The notes below the pieces were generated by a model. The model was not told where the DNA came from. It ran no database searches and was given only the letters and a program-made list of their open reading frames with translations. Shown here piece by piece: positions 19,886 through 29,042 of a stretch of 64,000 nt of DNA. Source of the stretch: Spirochaetota bacterium (GTDB lineage: Bacteria; Spirochaetota; UBA12135; COTS27; CBDBHE01); contig CBDBHE010000001.1 in NCBI GenBank assembly GCA_965205605.1, forward strand, positions 31,384 to 95,383. Reading direction: 5' to 3'. Position 1 is the first letter of the stretch. Each line of letters opens with the position of its first letter. A program made the position numbers and the translations under genes.

Positions 19886-21375
19886 AAAATTTTAGCTTTC
19901 TTACTTCCTTTATAAAATTGAATATTAACTTCATCATTTTTTTTTAAATTGGCTCCATCATTGATGACTTCACTGCCTTTTTTAATAACCGAATACCCTT
20001 TACTCAATACTTTTAATGGAGAAAGTACTTCTAAAGCAGTACTTTGCTTTAAAAATTTTTTTTTATAATCCAAATGTTTTTCATTGATTTTATTAAAAAT
20101 TAAATTAAAAGATTTTTCTACTCTTTCTCTTTTTTTATAAACAAGCTTTGAAATCAAATAAGCAAATTGACTCATTGAAAAATAACTAACCTTTTCTCTT
20201 AAAACTAATAAACGATGATTCATCGATGTCAATAACTGCTGATTCATTACAGCTAAATTTTGAATCAATTGTTTTTTATAAAAAGCAACTTGTTCCCCAG
20301 CAGATGTAGGCGTCGAACAACGAAAGTCTACTACCAAATCTAAAATAACCATATCCACTTCATGTCCAATTGCTGAAATAATAGGGATTTTACTTTCAAA
20401 AACACTTTTTGCTAAAAACTCACTATTAAAAGCTGACAAATCTTCTTCCGATCCCCCCCCTCTTGTAATAATAAGAAGGTCAACAAAATTATGTTCATTA
20501 GCTTTTTCAACCATCTTAGCCATTTCAATATCCGCCCCTTCTCCTTGTACTTTTGAAGGGTAAATAATAACTTCTATTTTAGAAATATCCAGTTCTAAAC
20601 TTTTAATCACATCAACAATAGCCGCTCCGTACGGACTAGTAATCAAACCAACTTTTCCTGGATAACGAGGGATTTTTTGCTTGTATTTACTATCAAACAA
20701 ACCTTCATTTTCTAGCTTTTGTTTCACCCGATGAAAAGAAGCCAGTAAGTCTCCTTTTCCTTTAAAAGAAATTAAATTAATAATAAACTGACACGCCCCT
20801 CTTTTTTCATAAAAAACAAGATTACCAAGTGCTTCAACATTAATGCCTTCTTCTATTTTTAGGTTAAACCTCTGTGCTTGTCTTTTAAATATTACACAAG
20901 AAATAACTGCCTGATTATCTTTTAAATTAAAATAAAAATGCCCATTTGAACTTTGATTTAAATCACTAATTTCCCCTCTAATCCATATATTTTTATAGCT
21001 TTTATTAAAGTATTTTTTAATTTTTTCTGTAAACTCTGTGACTGAAAAAACAAGTGTTGGAGAATGTTTTTGAGATGAAAAAGGAGAAACAGTTGGATTT
21101 GTTACTTTGGGTTGTAACTCTTTTTCAGAAGCATAAAAAGTATTTAGCCAATCTTCTAAAGATTTGCCACTAATTTTTAAAAATTGATCTTGTGAATCTG
21201 TTTTTAAAATCTTTTCATTCCAGGAAAAATAAATAATTTTAAGACCTAAAGCATCTAAATAAATATCTTTAAAACTAACTGTATCTTGTTTCCCATTTTC
21301 ATAAACAATTTTCCACCGACCTCCCATTTCAATAAAACCTTCAAAAACATCTGCTAAAGTAAAATGAGCTTTCAA
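19882..21375 (-). CDS. xseA: Exodeoxyribonuclease VII large subunit with N-terminal extension
   Basis: WIRGEIS, SNGHFYFNLKD, RGGGSEEDLSAFN, ISAIGHEVD, LSPLKVLSKGYS. Confidence 0.93.
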   Translation of the reverse strand: MKAHFTLADVFEGFIEMGGRWKIVYENGKQDTVSFKDIYLDALGLKIIYFSWNEKILKTDSQDQFLKISGKSLEDWLNTFYASEKELQPKVTNPTVSPFSSQKHSPTLVFSVTEFTEKIKKYFNKSYKNIWIRGEISDLNQSSNGHFYFNLKDNQAVISCVIFKRQAQRFNLKIEEGINVEALGNLVFYEKRGACQFIINLISFKGKGDLLASFHRVKQKLENEGLFDSKYKQKIPRYPGKVGLITSPYGAAIVDVIKSLELDISKIEVIIYPSKVQGEGADIEMAKMVEKANEHNFVDLLIITRGGGSEEDLSAFNSEFLAKSVFESKIPIISAIGHEVDMVILDLVVDFRCSTPTSAGEQVAFYKKQLIQNLAVMNQQLLTSMNHRLLVLREKVSYFSMSQFAYLISKLVYKKRERVEKSFNLIFNKINEKHLDYKKKFLKQSTALEVLSPLKVLSKGYSVIKKGSEVINDGANLKKNDEVNIQFYKGSKKAKIL

Positions 21376-21396
21376 AGAAATTAAAGAGTTAAAAAG

Positions 21397-22737
21397 TTAG
21401 TAAGAAGCACTTAAATAAGTTGGGAGCCAAGTGACTATCTTTGGAAAAAAAAGAAGTATCACCAAAACAATCACCTGTATGACAATGAAAGGAACGACTC
21501 CTTTATAAATATCTGACATACTTAATTGATTTTTTGTAGAAGCTTTTAAATAAAAAAGCGCAAAACCAAAAGGAGGTGTTAAAAAAGAACTTTGTAAGTT
21601 TATCGCAATTAAAACAGCAAAAAAGAGTAAATCTTGTTCTGAGTAAAATCCTAACGAAGAAAAAATAGGTACAATAATTGGTATCACAATAAAACAAATC
21701 TCTAAAAAATCTAATACAAACCCCAATAAAAAGATCATCATCATTATAAAAGCAATTACCCAATAACGATGTAAATTAAGATCATTAATAATAGAAACAA
21801 TCATCTCATCGCCCGATAAAAGCCTAAACACTAAACCAAACACTTGCGCTCCAATCAAAATCGTAAAAACCATCGTCGTCATTTTTACTGTCTGAATGGC
21901 ACTCTCAAAAAGAACTTCTTTATTAAGTTTTTTTCGATAGCCTGCAATTAAAATCCCTCCAAAAGCTCCACAAGCTGCTGATTCTGTTGGGGAAGCAATC
22001 CCTGCCATAATACTTCCCAAAACAATCAAAACAAGTCCACCTGTTGGAATAAAAATATTAAGTATTTGTTTTAAAGATTTTTTTTCTTCTTTTAAAATTT
22101 CCTTTTTAACATTAATTTTTTCATCAAAATACACCTTAAAAGAAACATAAACAAGATAGCAAACAACCAATAAAACACCTGGAAAAATAGCTCCTGCAAA
22201 AAGACTACCCACATCAACATTCATCATATCTCCTAAAATGATCAAAACAATTGAAGGGGGAATAATTTGTCCTAGTGTCCCTGAAGAAGCAATCACCCCA
22301 GCTGAAAACTGTTTTGAATACCCATGCTTTAACATCGTCGGTAGTGATAAAATCCCCATGGTCACCACCGTAGCCCCTACAATCCCCGTTGAAGCAGCAA
22401 GTAACGTCCCTACAAGAATAACCGAAACCGCAAGACCTGCTTTCCACTTTTTCATTAATGACGCCATCATTTCAAGTAGCTCTTTTGACAAATTCGACTT
22501 TTCTAAAATAATTCCCATAAAAACAAAAAGAGGCACTGCCATTAAAGTAACATTTTCAACAATTCCAAAAATTCTTTGCGGTAAAAAAGCAAAATTATCA
22601 AAACTAATAAAGCCAAACATAATTCCTATCATTCCAAAAACAAACCCCGTCCCCATAAGAGCAAATGCCACCGGAAACCCCGATAAAATACTCCCCAGCA
22701 AGAAAAGAAACATTAAGCAAACCAATATTGATTCCAT
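21397..22737 (-). CDS. dctM: TRAP transporter large permease
   Basis: AVPLFVFMG, AASTGIVGA, GTLGQIIPPS, SFLTPPFG. Confidence 0.93.
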   Translation of the reverse strand: MESILVCLMFLFLLGSILSGFPVAFALMGTGFVFGMIGIMFGFISFDNFAFLPQRIFGIVENVTLMAVPLFVFMGIILEKSNLSKELLEMMASLMKKWKAGLAVSVILVGTLLAASTGIVGATVVTMGILSLPTMLKHGYSKQFSAGVIASSGTLGQIIPPSIVLIILGDMMNVDVGSLFAGAIFPGVLLVVCYLVYVSFKVYFDEKINVKKEILKEEKKSLKQILNIFIPTGGLVLIVLGSIMAGIASPTESAACGAFGGILIAGYRKKLNKEVLFESAIQTVKMTTMVFTILIGAQVFGLVFRLLSGDEMIVSIINDLNLHRYWVIAFIMMMIFLLGFVLDFLEICFIVIPIIVPIFSSLGFYSEQDLLFFAVLIAINLQSSFLTPPFGFALFYLKASTKNQLSMSDIYKGVVPFIVIQVIVLVILLFFPKIVTWLPTYLSASY

Positions 22738-22794
22738 TGAAATAACCTTTTTTTATTAAAAAAACACTTTAATAAAAACTTCCTTTTTTTTAAA

Positions 22795-23406
22795 TTATTT
22801 TTTGATAAGAATACGAATATTCTCTAAAAAAAGAGCCACCGATTGTAAAAATAAAACAAAAAACCCAAAAGGAATTAGTAGCTTTATCACCCACCTTGCT
22901 TCCAAGCCTCCTTGATTAGGAGACATTTCTCCTCTTACAATCCATTCTCGAATATAGCTTTCAATTGTAGAGAAAAAAAAATACACATACGTCGTCCTAT
23001 TTTCAAAAAAAGAACTCGTAAAATAATCTAAAGGGATCCCATTATCATACTGATAAGCCATATAACTATATCTAAAGCCAAAATAAATTAAAATGAAAGA
23101 AAAAGGCAAAATAATTAAACCAATCCCTACACTTTCGATGATTGCTTTTGTTTTTTTAGAAAAATATTGATAAAAAATATCAACTCTCACATGTTCTTTT
23201 TCTTTGTAAGCATACCCCATGCTTAAAAGAAAAATAAGCCCAAAAAAATGCCATTTTAATTCTTCTAAAGCATTCGAACTATTATGAAGCAAATACCGAA
23301 TCATCACTTGAACAATCGTAATCAAAATCAACAAAAAAATAAAAAAAGCACTTACTTTTGCCATCCAATAACAAAAACGATTTATCCATTCTTCAAAAGA
23401 CTTCAT
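22795..23406 (-). CDS. dctQ: TRAP transporter small permease
   Basis: EELKWH, EHVRVDIFY, four TM segments. Confidence 0.9.
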   Translation of the reverse strand: MKSFEEWINRFCYWMAKVSAFFIFLLILITIVQVMIRYLLHNSSNALEELKWHFFGLIFLLSMGYAYKEKEHVRVDIFYQYFSKKTKAIIESVGIGLIILPFSFILIYFGFRYSYMAYQYDNGIPLDYFTSSFFENRTTYVYFFFSTIESYIREWIVRGEMSPNQGGLEARWVIKLLIPFGFFVLFLQSVALFLENIRILIKK

Positions 23407-23408
23407 GC

Positions 23409-24518
23409 TTATTGTGACATATCAATTGCTTTTATAAACGCTCTCTTATTAAAATTAGCATACGTTTCATAACGCTTCTTAAAAGAAAAAAATGAATTAT
23501 AAATTCTCCCTGCCAAAGGACTCGTCCGCCTTACTTCTTCAATAACTTCTTTGGCTTCTTTTTGAAGAACTTTAATGACTTCAGAAGGAAAAAAGCGCAG
23601 TTGTACTTTTTTTTCTTTTTTAATTCTCTCATAAAACTCAGCATCTTTTGCAAGCCAATGCACAAACATATCCCTATCAACTTGAGCACAAGTAACTTCA
23701 ACAATGAGCTTTAATTCTTCATCCAAGCTTTCCCAAGCTTTTTTATTAATTAAAAGTTCTAAAACAGGGCCCGGTTCTTGCCAACCAATCGAATAATAAT
23801 ATTTTGAAGCTTTATAAAACCCCATAATATAGTCATGAAACGGTCCCACCCATTCTGTGGCATCCAAAACACCTGTTGATAAAGATTGATAAATCTCAGA
23901 AACCGCAAGTGTTTCAGCACTCGCTCCAAGTCGAGTAATTACTTTTCCTCCTAAACCAGGCATCCGCATTTTGAGCCCTTTAAAATCTTCTACACGATTA
24001 ATTTCTTTTCTAAACCATCCCCCCATTTGCATCCCCGTATTTCCACAAGGAAATGGTTTGATTTGATGAGGAGCATACAACTCATCCCAAAGCTTTTGCC
24101 CTCCCCCTTGATGCATCCACGCAGCCATCCCATTGGCATCCATTCCAAAAGGAATCGCTGTGAAAAATACAGAAGCTGGTATTTTCCCTTGCCAGTAATA
24201 AGACGCACTATGCCCCATTTCAATCGTTCCATTTTTAACCGCATCAAAAACCCCAAGCCCAGGAATAAGCTCATTGGCACCATAAACCTTAATGTCTAGC
24301 CGTCCACCAGAAAGCATCTTTACTCTTTTCGAAAAATTAATGATCCCCTCCGCCCATATCGGCAACGTTTTCGGAACCGCCATCGATAATTTCCACCGAT
24401 GCTTCTTACCTTTCTTATTACCAATTACTTCATTTTCTTTAAGTGTACACCCAACAATAGCAGTTCCTGCTAACCCTGCTAAAGCACCAATAAACTCTCT
24501 TCGCTTCATATCACTCAC
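23409..24518 (-). CDS. dctP: TRAP substrate-binding protein (TakP-like), twin-arginine signal
   Basis: KRREFI Tat motif, HSASYYW, GNTGMQMGGWF, LKMRMPGLGG, DATEWVGP; likely start ATG 24509. Confidence 0.92.
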   Translation of the reverse strand: MSDMKRREFIGALAGLAGTAIVGCTLKENEVIGNKKGKKHRWKLSMAVPKTLPIWAEGIINFSKRVKMLSGGRLDIKVYGANELIPGLGVFDAVKNGTIEMGHSASYYWQGKIPASVFFTAIPFGMDANGMAAWMHQGGGQKLWDELYAPHQIKPFPCGNTGMQMGGWFRKEINRVEDFKGLKMRMPGLGGKVITRLGASAETLAVSEIYQSLSTGVLDATEWVGPFHDYIMGFYKASKYYYSIGWQEPGPVLELLINKKAWESLDEELKLIVEVTCAQVDRDMFVHWLAKDAEFYERIKKEKKVQLRFFPSEVIKVLQKEAKEVIEEVRRTSPLAGRIYNSFFSFKKRYETYANFNKRAFIKAIDMSQ

Positions 24519-24679
24519 CTTTTTTTTAAAATGAAAAATAAAATCTCACCTATTATACACTTATTCTTTTTTATTACTAAACTTAAGTATTAAGAATCTC
24601 CTTACTGATTTAAAAAATAAACTTATGAAAAATTACTTATAAATTTTAAACTTAAATGAGATAATTATAGTTTCTTATC

Positions 24680-25819
24680 ATGGCTTTTTTTATTAAAAAA
24701 CAAAAAATAATTATAAAAATATTCAATTTTTTATTTTTAAACTTAATATTTTTTTTAAATTATCCTCTATTCACTTATCCAAAAAACCACACTCCTTTTT
24801 TACTTAAAACAGGAAAACCTCTTATCATTTCGCCTTCTATTGTTAAGCTTGAGTTGCCAGGTCAAGTGATTGACTCTATTACTTTACATGATCTTAAAAC
24901 TTCTTTCACCCTCTCAAAAAAAAATGACGATTTTTTTAATACTTATTGGTACCCAAGCGGAGATTTCAAATTAACAATTAATCAAAATACTCATCAACCA
25001 TTTCTTATCAAACTCCCTTTAAAAAAATACAACCTTCTTATTTTAACCACTCCCCCACAAGGCGAAACAAACTTTACTTATCATCAACAATTTCTTCAAC
25101 TAGCTAATCAATTAGTGAGTCTTTTTTTAAAAAATAAAAAAATCTTAGAGTATGATCTCTATACTTTTACAGGAAAATATGTTCAAAAAAATCGTTTTTT
25201 AAGTAATTTTAAAAAAATAAATCATCAACAATTTACTTTTTATTTTTTTATGGGAAATATACTCCTAAAAGAAAATAAACAATGGGTTTACAACTTGCCT
25301 CAAAATCAAGAAATCGTTTTAGAAAAATTTTCTCTTATCAACCCTTTTCTTTCTCATACATTTTTAATTGATATAAACAAAAAACCTTTAAGCCAAATAC
25401 AAAATCTAAAACTCCCTTTTAATTATACTTATTTAACTCCCAAGCAAATTAATTCTTTTATGAAATCTTTTGTGGATTTTTATACCCAAACCCCTTTTGA
25501 AAAATTATCTTCAAATTATACCAACCTTACTCTCCAAACTCTTTTACAAAAAATAAAAGCACATCACATTTTTGCTTTTGAAACTAAAAAAGTTATTTTA
25601 AGAGAATTTCAATGGCAAAAAAAAACCCTCCAAACCAATTTTATTTTAAAAAATGTTTACACTTATCAAACTAACTCTCTTAACAAAATACCAAAAAAAT
25701 TAACTAAAAATTTCATTACCTATAAAATAAAAATGAAACCTACTATTAAAAAAATAAAAAAAATAAAAAAAATAACCAACATTTCCACAAAAACAGGCTA
25801 TTGGAAAGAAAAACTCTAA
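24680..25819 (+). CDS. Exported hypothetical protein, possible inactive caspase (C14)-like fold
   Basis: 379-aa ORF with hydrophobic N-terminus; motif order resembles caspase fold with FFMGN and IDIN replacing GHG and DxC. Confidence 0.5.
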   Translation: MAFFIKKQKIIIKIFNFLFLNLIFFLNYPLFTYPKNHTPFLLKTGKPLIISPSIVKLELPGQVIDSITLHDLKTSFTLSKKNDDFFNTYWYPSGDFKLTINQNTHQPFLIKLPLKKYNLLILTTPPQGETNFTYHQQFLQLANQLVSLFLKNKKILEYDLYTFTGKYVQKNRFLSNFKKINHQQFTFYFFMGNILLKENKQWVYNLPQNQEIVLEKFSLINPFLSHTFLIDINKKPLSQIQNLKLPFNYTYLTPKQINSFMKSFVDFYTQTPFEKLSSNYTNLTLQTLLQKIKAHHIFAFETKKVILREFQWQKKTLQTNFILKNVYTYQTNSLNKIPKKLTKNFITYKIKMKPTIKKIKKIKKITNISTKTGYWKEKL

Positions 25820-25841
25820 AGGGAATTATCCCCTTTAGAGT
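25805..25841 (-). terminator. Rho-independent terminator (minus-strand oriented)
   Basis: Perfect 11-bp stem ACTCTAAAGGG/CCCTTTAGAGT with 7-nt loop; U tract (UUUUCUUU) only on the minus strand. Confidence 0.8.
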
Positions 25842-25883
25842 GGCAATCCATTGTATACTTGGGAGGAAGTACAATAGATTACT
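25805..25883 (-). ncRNA. Candidate small regulatory RNA with CCUCCC anti-SD loop
   Basis: Minus-strand hairpin GUAAUCUAUUGUA/UACAAUGGAUUGC (two G-U pairs), loop CCUCCC, then terminator hairpin and U tract. Confidence 0.6.
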
Positions 25884-25890
25884 ATTTCAA

Positions 25891-25919
25891 ATATCGGTTA
25901 CCCAAGCTAATTTTCTTTA
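25891..25919 (-). promoter_or_regulatory. Sigma28 (FliA/SigD)-like promoter of the sRNA candidate
   Basis: Minus strand TAAA-N17-ACCGATAT; spacer 1-2 nt longer than consensus. Confidence 0.45.
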
Positions 25920-26121
25920 ATTAAAAACTAATAATTATTTGCTTTTTTTAAAAAAATATTGAAATTTTTTACTTGAAATATTCCCTTAAAATCAACTCAT
26001 TAAAAAAATAAATTTTAAAATTAATAAGTAATTATTTTTTTTGTATGAAAGAGCAAAGATATTAATGGTAAAATTAACAAAAAGCTAAAAAAAAATTAAA
26101 TATTTAGGCTTTTTTTATCAA

Positions 26122-26767
26122 ATGGATTTTATATTTAACTTTGTAAAAAAAAAAAAATTACTCTCTTTTTTTATTGGAGTCTTTTTTCTAGTTGGTCTTG
26201 ATTTACTTAGTAAAGTTTGGGTCGAAAAAAATTTAATAGAATTAGCTTCTTCAGAAAAAAATGATCATTATTACAAATTAAAAAGCAACCTTTCAAATAA
26301 AACAATTGTTTCTTATGATGGTGAAACCATTTACTACAAAAAAAATATTTCTGTTATTCCAAAATATTGGTCTTTTAACTATGTTAGAAATTACGATATC
26401 GGGTTTTCAATTCTTTCTTGGCTAGACCATTGGATGTCTATAAAAAAAAAAAACAATTTTAATTAAATGGCTACAATTATTAGCTGTTATTGTGGCTTTT
26501 AGTTATTTTTTATCCATTAAAATGTTTTTCTTTTTTCCTTTTATGTTTGTCATTTCAGGAGGCGCAGGTAATGTCATTGACCGATTTTCTAGAGGTTATG
26601 TCGTTGATTTTATAGAATGGTCTTTTCCCATGATTCCATTACGTATTTTAAATCCATGGCCTGTTTTTAATTTAGCAGACAGCTTCGTTTTTATAGGAAT
26701 CTTTTTTTTAATGTTATCAATTTTGGTAAAAAAAAAAATAAATCATGGAACAGAAAACGTTCATTAA
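26122..26767 (+). CDS. lspA: Lipoprotein signal peptidase II, apparent +1 frameshift in A12 run
   Basis: DLLSKVWV, VRNYDIGFS in first ORF; GGAGNVIDR, GYVVDFI, WPVFNLADS in second; joined by removing one A at 26442-26453. Confidence 0.85.
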
Positions 26768-27638
26768 ACCAATAAAGCTAAAAAGTATTGATAAGATCAA
26801 TACTCAAATTTATGTTTTTCAACTTTCTAAAAATCCTAATATTTTAAATAAACTAATTAAAATCATTACCCCTTATATTTATCATTTTCCTAGATTTGCT
26901 TTTAATAATCACGATGAAGAGATTTCTTCAGAATTTTACACTTCTTTTTACCCTAAAATAGAAAACTCTCTTCTAAAATACGATGCCAATAAAGTCCTTT
27001 TTAGCACTTATTTTTCTACTGTCTTAAGAAATCATTACCTAACACTCATAAAAAGACTTCATCAAAAAAATAAAAATCATATCCGTTTAGAAGATTTCCA
27101 CATGAATTTTGACCTCAAACAAGAACCAAAAGAATCTATCCAAGAAAATGAATCCTTAGAAGAAAAAGCGTTTGAAAATATTAACCCTTCTACTAATTAT
27201 CTTATGATTAAACTTTATTATATTGATTTCTTTAATGAAGATGATTTTGTCTTACTTCAAAAAGCCACTCAAAAAACCTACGGCAAATGTCTTGAGTTTA
27301 TTAATCTTATTAAAGAAGATGTCTATGAAAAAAGAAATAAACAAATGAGCTTAGAAAATCGAATTCATAGTCTTTATATGAAAATTATGGAAATCCAAAG
27401 GGAAAATTTTTTAAAACAAAACTCAAACATATCAAAAGAAAAAGAAAAAGAAGAAGAAGAAGAAGAAGAAAAAAGACTCAAAGAAAAACAAAAAGAAATC
27501 ATCAAAATCTATCAAAACATTCGTGTTCATCCTTCTTTAAAGATTATTGCTGAAGCTCTAAGTTATAAAGAAATTAAAATCGCCAATACTATTAATTATT
27601 TTAAAAACAAAAGGAAAATGCACTTAAATGATTTTTAA
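26745..27638 (+). CDS. Divergent sigma70/ECF-like RNA polymerase sigma factor
   Basis: Region-2-like DEEISSEFY...LLKYDANKVLFSTYFSTVLRNHYLTLIKR; C-terminal HTH PSLKIIAEALSYKEIKIANTI. Confidence 0.6.
   Translation: MEQKTFIKPIKLKSIDKINTQIYVFQLSKNPNILNKLIKIITPYIYHFPRFAFNNHDEEISSEFYTSFYPKIENSLLKYDANKVLFSTYFSTVLRNHYLTLIKRLHQKNKNHIRLEDFHMNFDLKQEPKESIQENESLEEKAFENINPSTNYLMIKLYYIDFFNEDDFVLLQKATQKTYGKCLEFINLIKEDVYEKRNKQMSLENRIHSLYMKIMEIQRENFLKQNSNISKEKEKEEEEEEEKRLKEKQKEIIKIYQNIRVHPSLKIIAEALSYKEIKIANTINYFKNKRKMHLNDF
27450..27470 (+). repeat. (GAA)7 microsatellite encoding poly-Glu in the sigma-like gene
   Basis: Read directly. Confidence 0.7.
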
Positions 27639-28158
27639 CTCATTATTAAAATCTATACAAAATAAAGACTATCAAAGTATCAACAAGTGGATCAATAATA
27701 ATGAAGAAAAAGCCAAAGAAGTTTTCCAACTCTTTAAAAGCATCCATGCCATCAATTTAATTGATAATGCCTTAACACCTAAAAAAAAATTAATTGAAAT
27801 TTTAATTGATTTTATTGAGGGTTCGGTAAAAATTTTAAAAGGCAAAAAACTACTCCAACCCTCCCCTATTTTACAAACAAGAGGAGGCTCTAAAAACCAA
27901 CTAATTCAAAAAAATAAAGATACTTCTAATTCATCAAAAATTCAAAAATACTATTTTACTTGGGGATATTTAAAGATTAACAAAGAAACAAGCCAATTAG
28001 ATTTACTCTCAAAAAAACCATTTAAACAAATTATTTTGAAAAAAAATCAAAAAACTTTTTCCCATCAAAACAATAAAAAAATTATTTCCTTTTTTCTTTC
28101 AAAAGGTGTTTACCAACTTGACTTAGATGAAAATATGATTCAGTTAAAAATAAAATAA
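27628..28158 (+). CDS. Hypothetical protein, candidate anti-sigma partner
   Basis: Overlaps end of sigma-like gene; helical N-terminus, LQTRGG linker, beta-rich C-terminus (LSKGVYQLDL). Confidence 0.45.
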   Translation: MIFNSLLKSIQNKDYQSINKWINNNEEKAKEVFQLFKSIHAINLIDNALTPKKKLIEILIDFIEGSVKILKGKKLLQPSPILQTRGGSKNQLIQKNKDTSNSSKIQKYYFTWGYLKINKETSQLDLLSKKPFKQIILKKNQKTFSHQNNKKIISFFLSKGVYQLDLDENMIQLKIK

Positions 28159-28162
28159 AAAC

Positions 28163-28957
28163 TTAATAAATCAAATCTTCAAAAGAAATTTTCTTATCTA
28201 TTTTTTTATTTTTAAAGCTTTTATCATTTTTTTCTTTTCTTATTGATTCCACTATTAATGTTTTATCTGCTTTTATCTCTTTTACAATTCCATCTGATTT
28301 TTTTGCTTGATCCCAAAAAACGACTTCTCTTCCAATTAAATCACTATAAGAAATAAAAAGATCAATAAAAGCTTCAAATCCTTCCTTAACAAATAAATTA
28401 TAAAAAGAAGCAAAAAAACTAATAAACTTTTTTAAAACTTCCTCTAATTCCACTCTTTTTTTTAAAAGCGTATATAAAGAACAAGCTTGTTGATTAACTC
28501 TGTTCATAAAATCTATGTCAGAATTAACATTAAGACCAATGCCTAAAATACAATACTTCTTTTTTTTAAAAACAATCGTTTCAGTTAAAATCCCGGCTAA
28601 TTTTGCATGATTGACTAAAATATCATTAGGCCATTTTATTCTTGGAAAACACTGATAAAACTCAACTAGTCTGACAAGACTCAATGCCCCCACCATCGGA
28701 AGATATAAACAAAAAGTATTACCATATTCACTAACATCTAAAAAAATACTAAACGTTAAATCTTCCCCTTCACTTGAAAGCCATCGTCGACCATGTCTCC
28801 CTTTTCCAAAATCTTGTTTCAAAGCCCAAACAACATCTCCATTGAGAAATTCATGCGGTTTTTTTTTTAAATATTCGTTTGTTGAACCAAGCGAAGAAAA
28901 AAGATAAATGTAACCATTTGAAAAAGATTTAGTGATTTTTTTGGGTAAAGAAGGCAT
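28163..28957 (-). CDS. birA: Biotin--[acetyl-CoA carboxylase] ligase (no HTH)
   Basis: STNEY, QDFGKGRHGRRW, IKWPNDI, KLAGIL, GIGLNVN. Confidence 0.95.
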   Translation of the reverse strand: MPSLPKKITKSFSNGYIYLFSSLGSTNEYLKKKPHEFLNGDVVWALKQDFGKGRHGRRWLSSEGEDLTFSIFLDVSEYGNTFCLYLPMVGALSLVRLVEFYQCFPRIKWPNDILVNHAKLAGILTETIVFKKKKYCILGIGLNVNSDIDFMNRVNQQACSLYTLLKKRVELEEVLKKFISFFASFYNLFVKEGFEAFIDLFISYSDLIGREVVFWDQAKKSDGIVKEIKADKTLIVESIRKEKNDKSFKNKKIDKKISFEDLIY

Positions 28958-29042
28958 AATATCCTTATAGTCACTCTTATTTTACCTTCTTGAAATGAAA
29001 TAAAAACAATAATATTTAAATATTTTTTAAAAGGAAAACAAT

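Noticed and set aside
25748-25774. AAAAAAATA x3 (KKI repeat)
   Set aside because: Low-complexity sequence expected in an AT-rich genome
25813-25841. Hairpin as simply the terminator of the + strand 24680 gene
   Set aside because: It overlaps that gene's stop codon and has a U tract only on the minus strand; it may still act weakly in both directions
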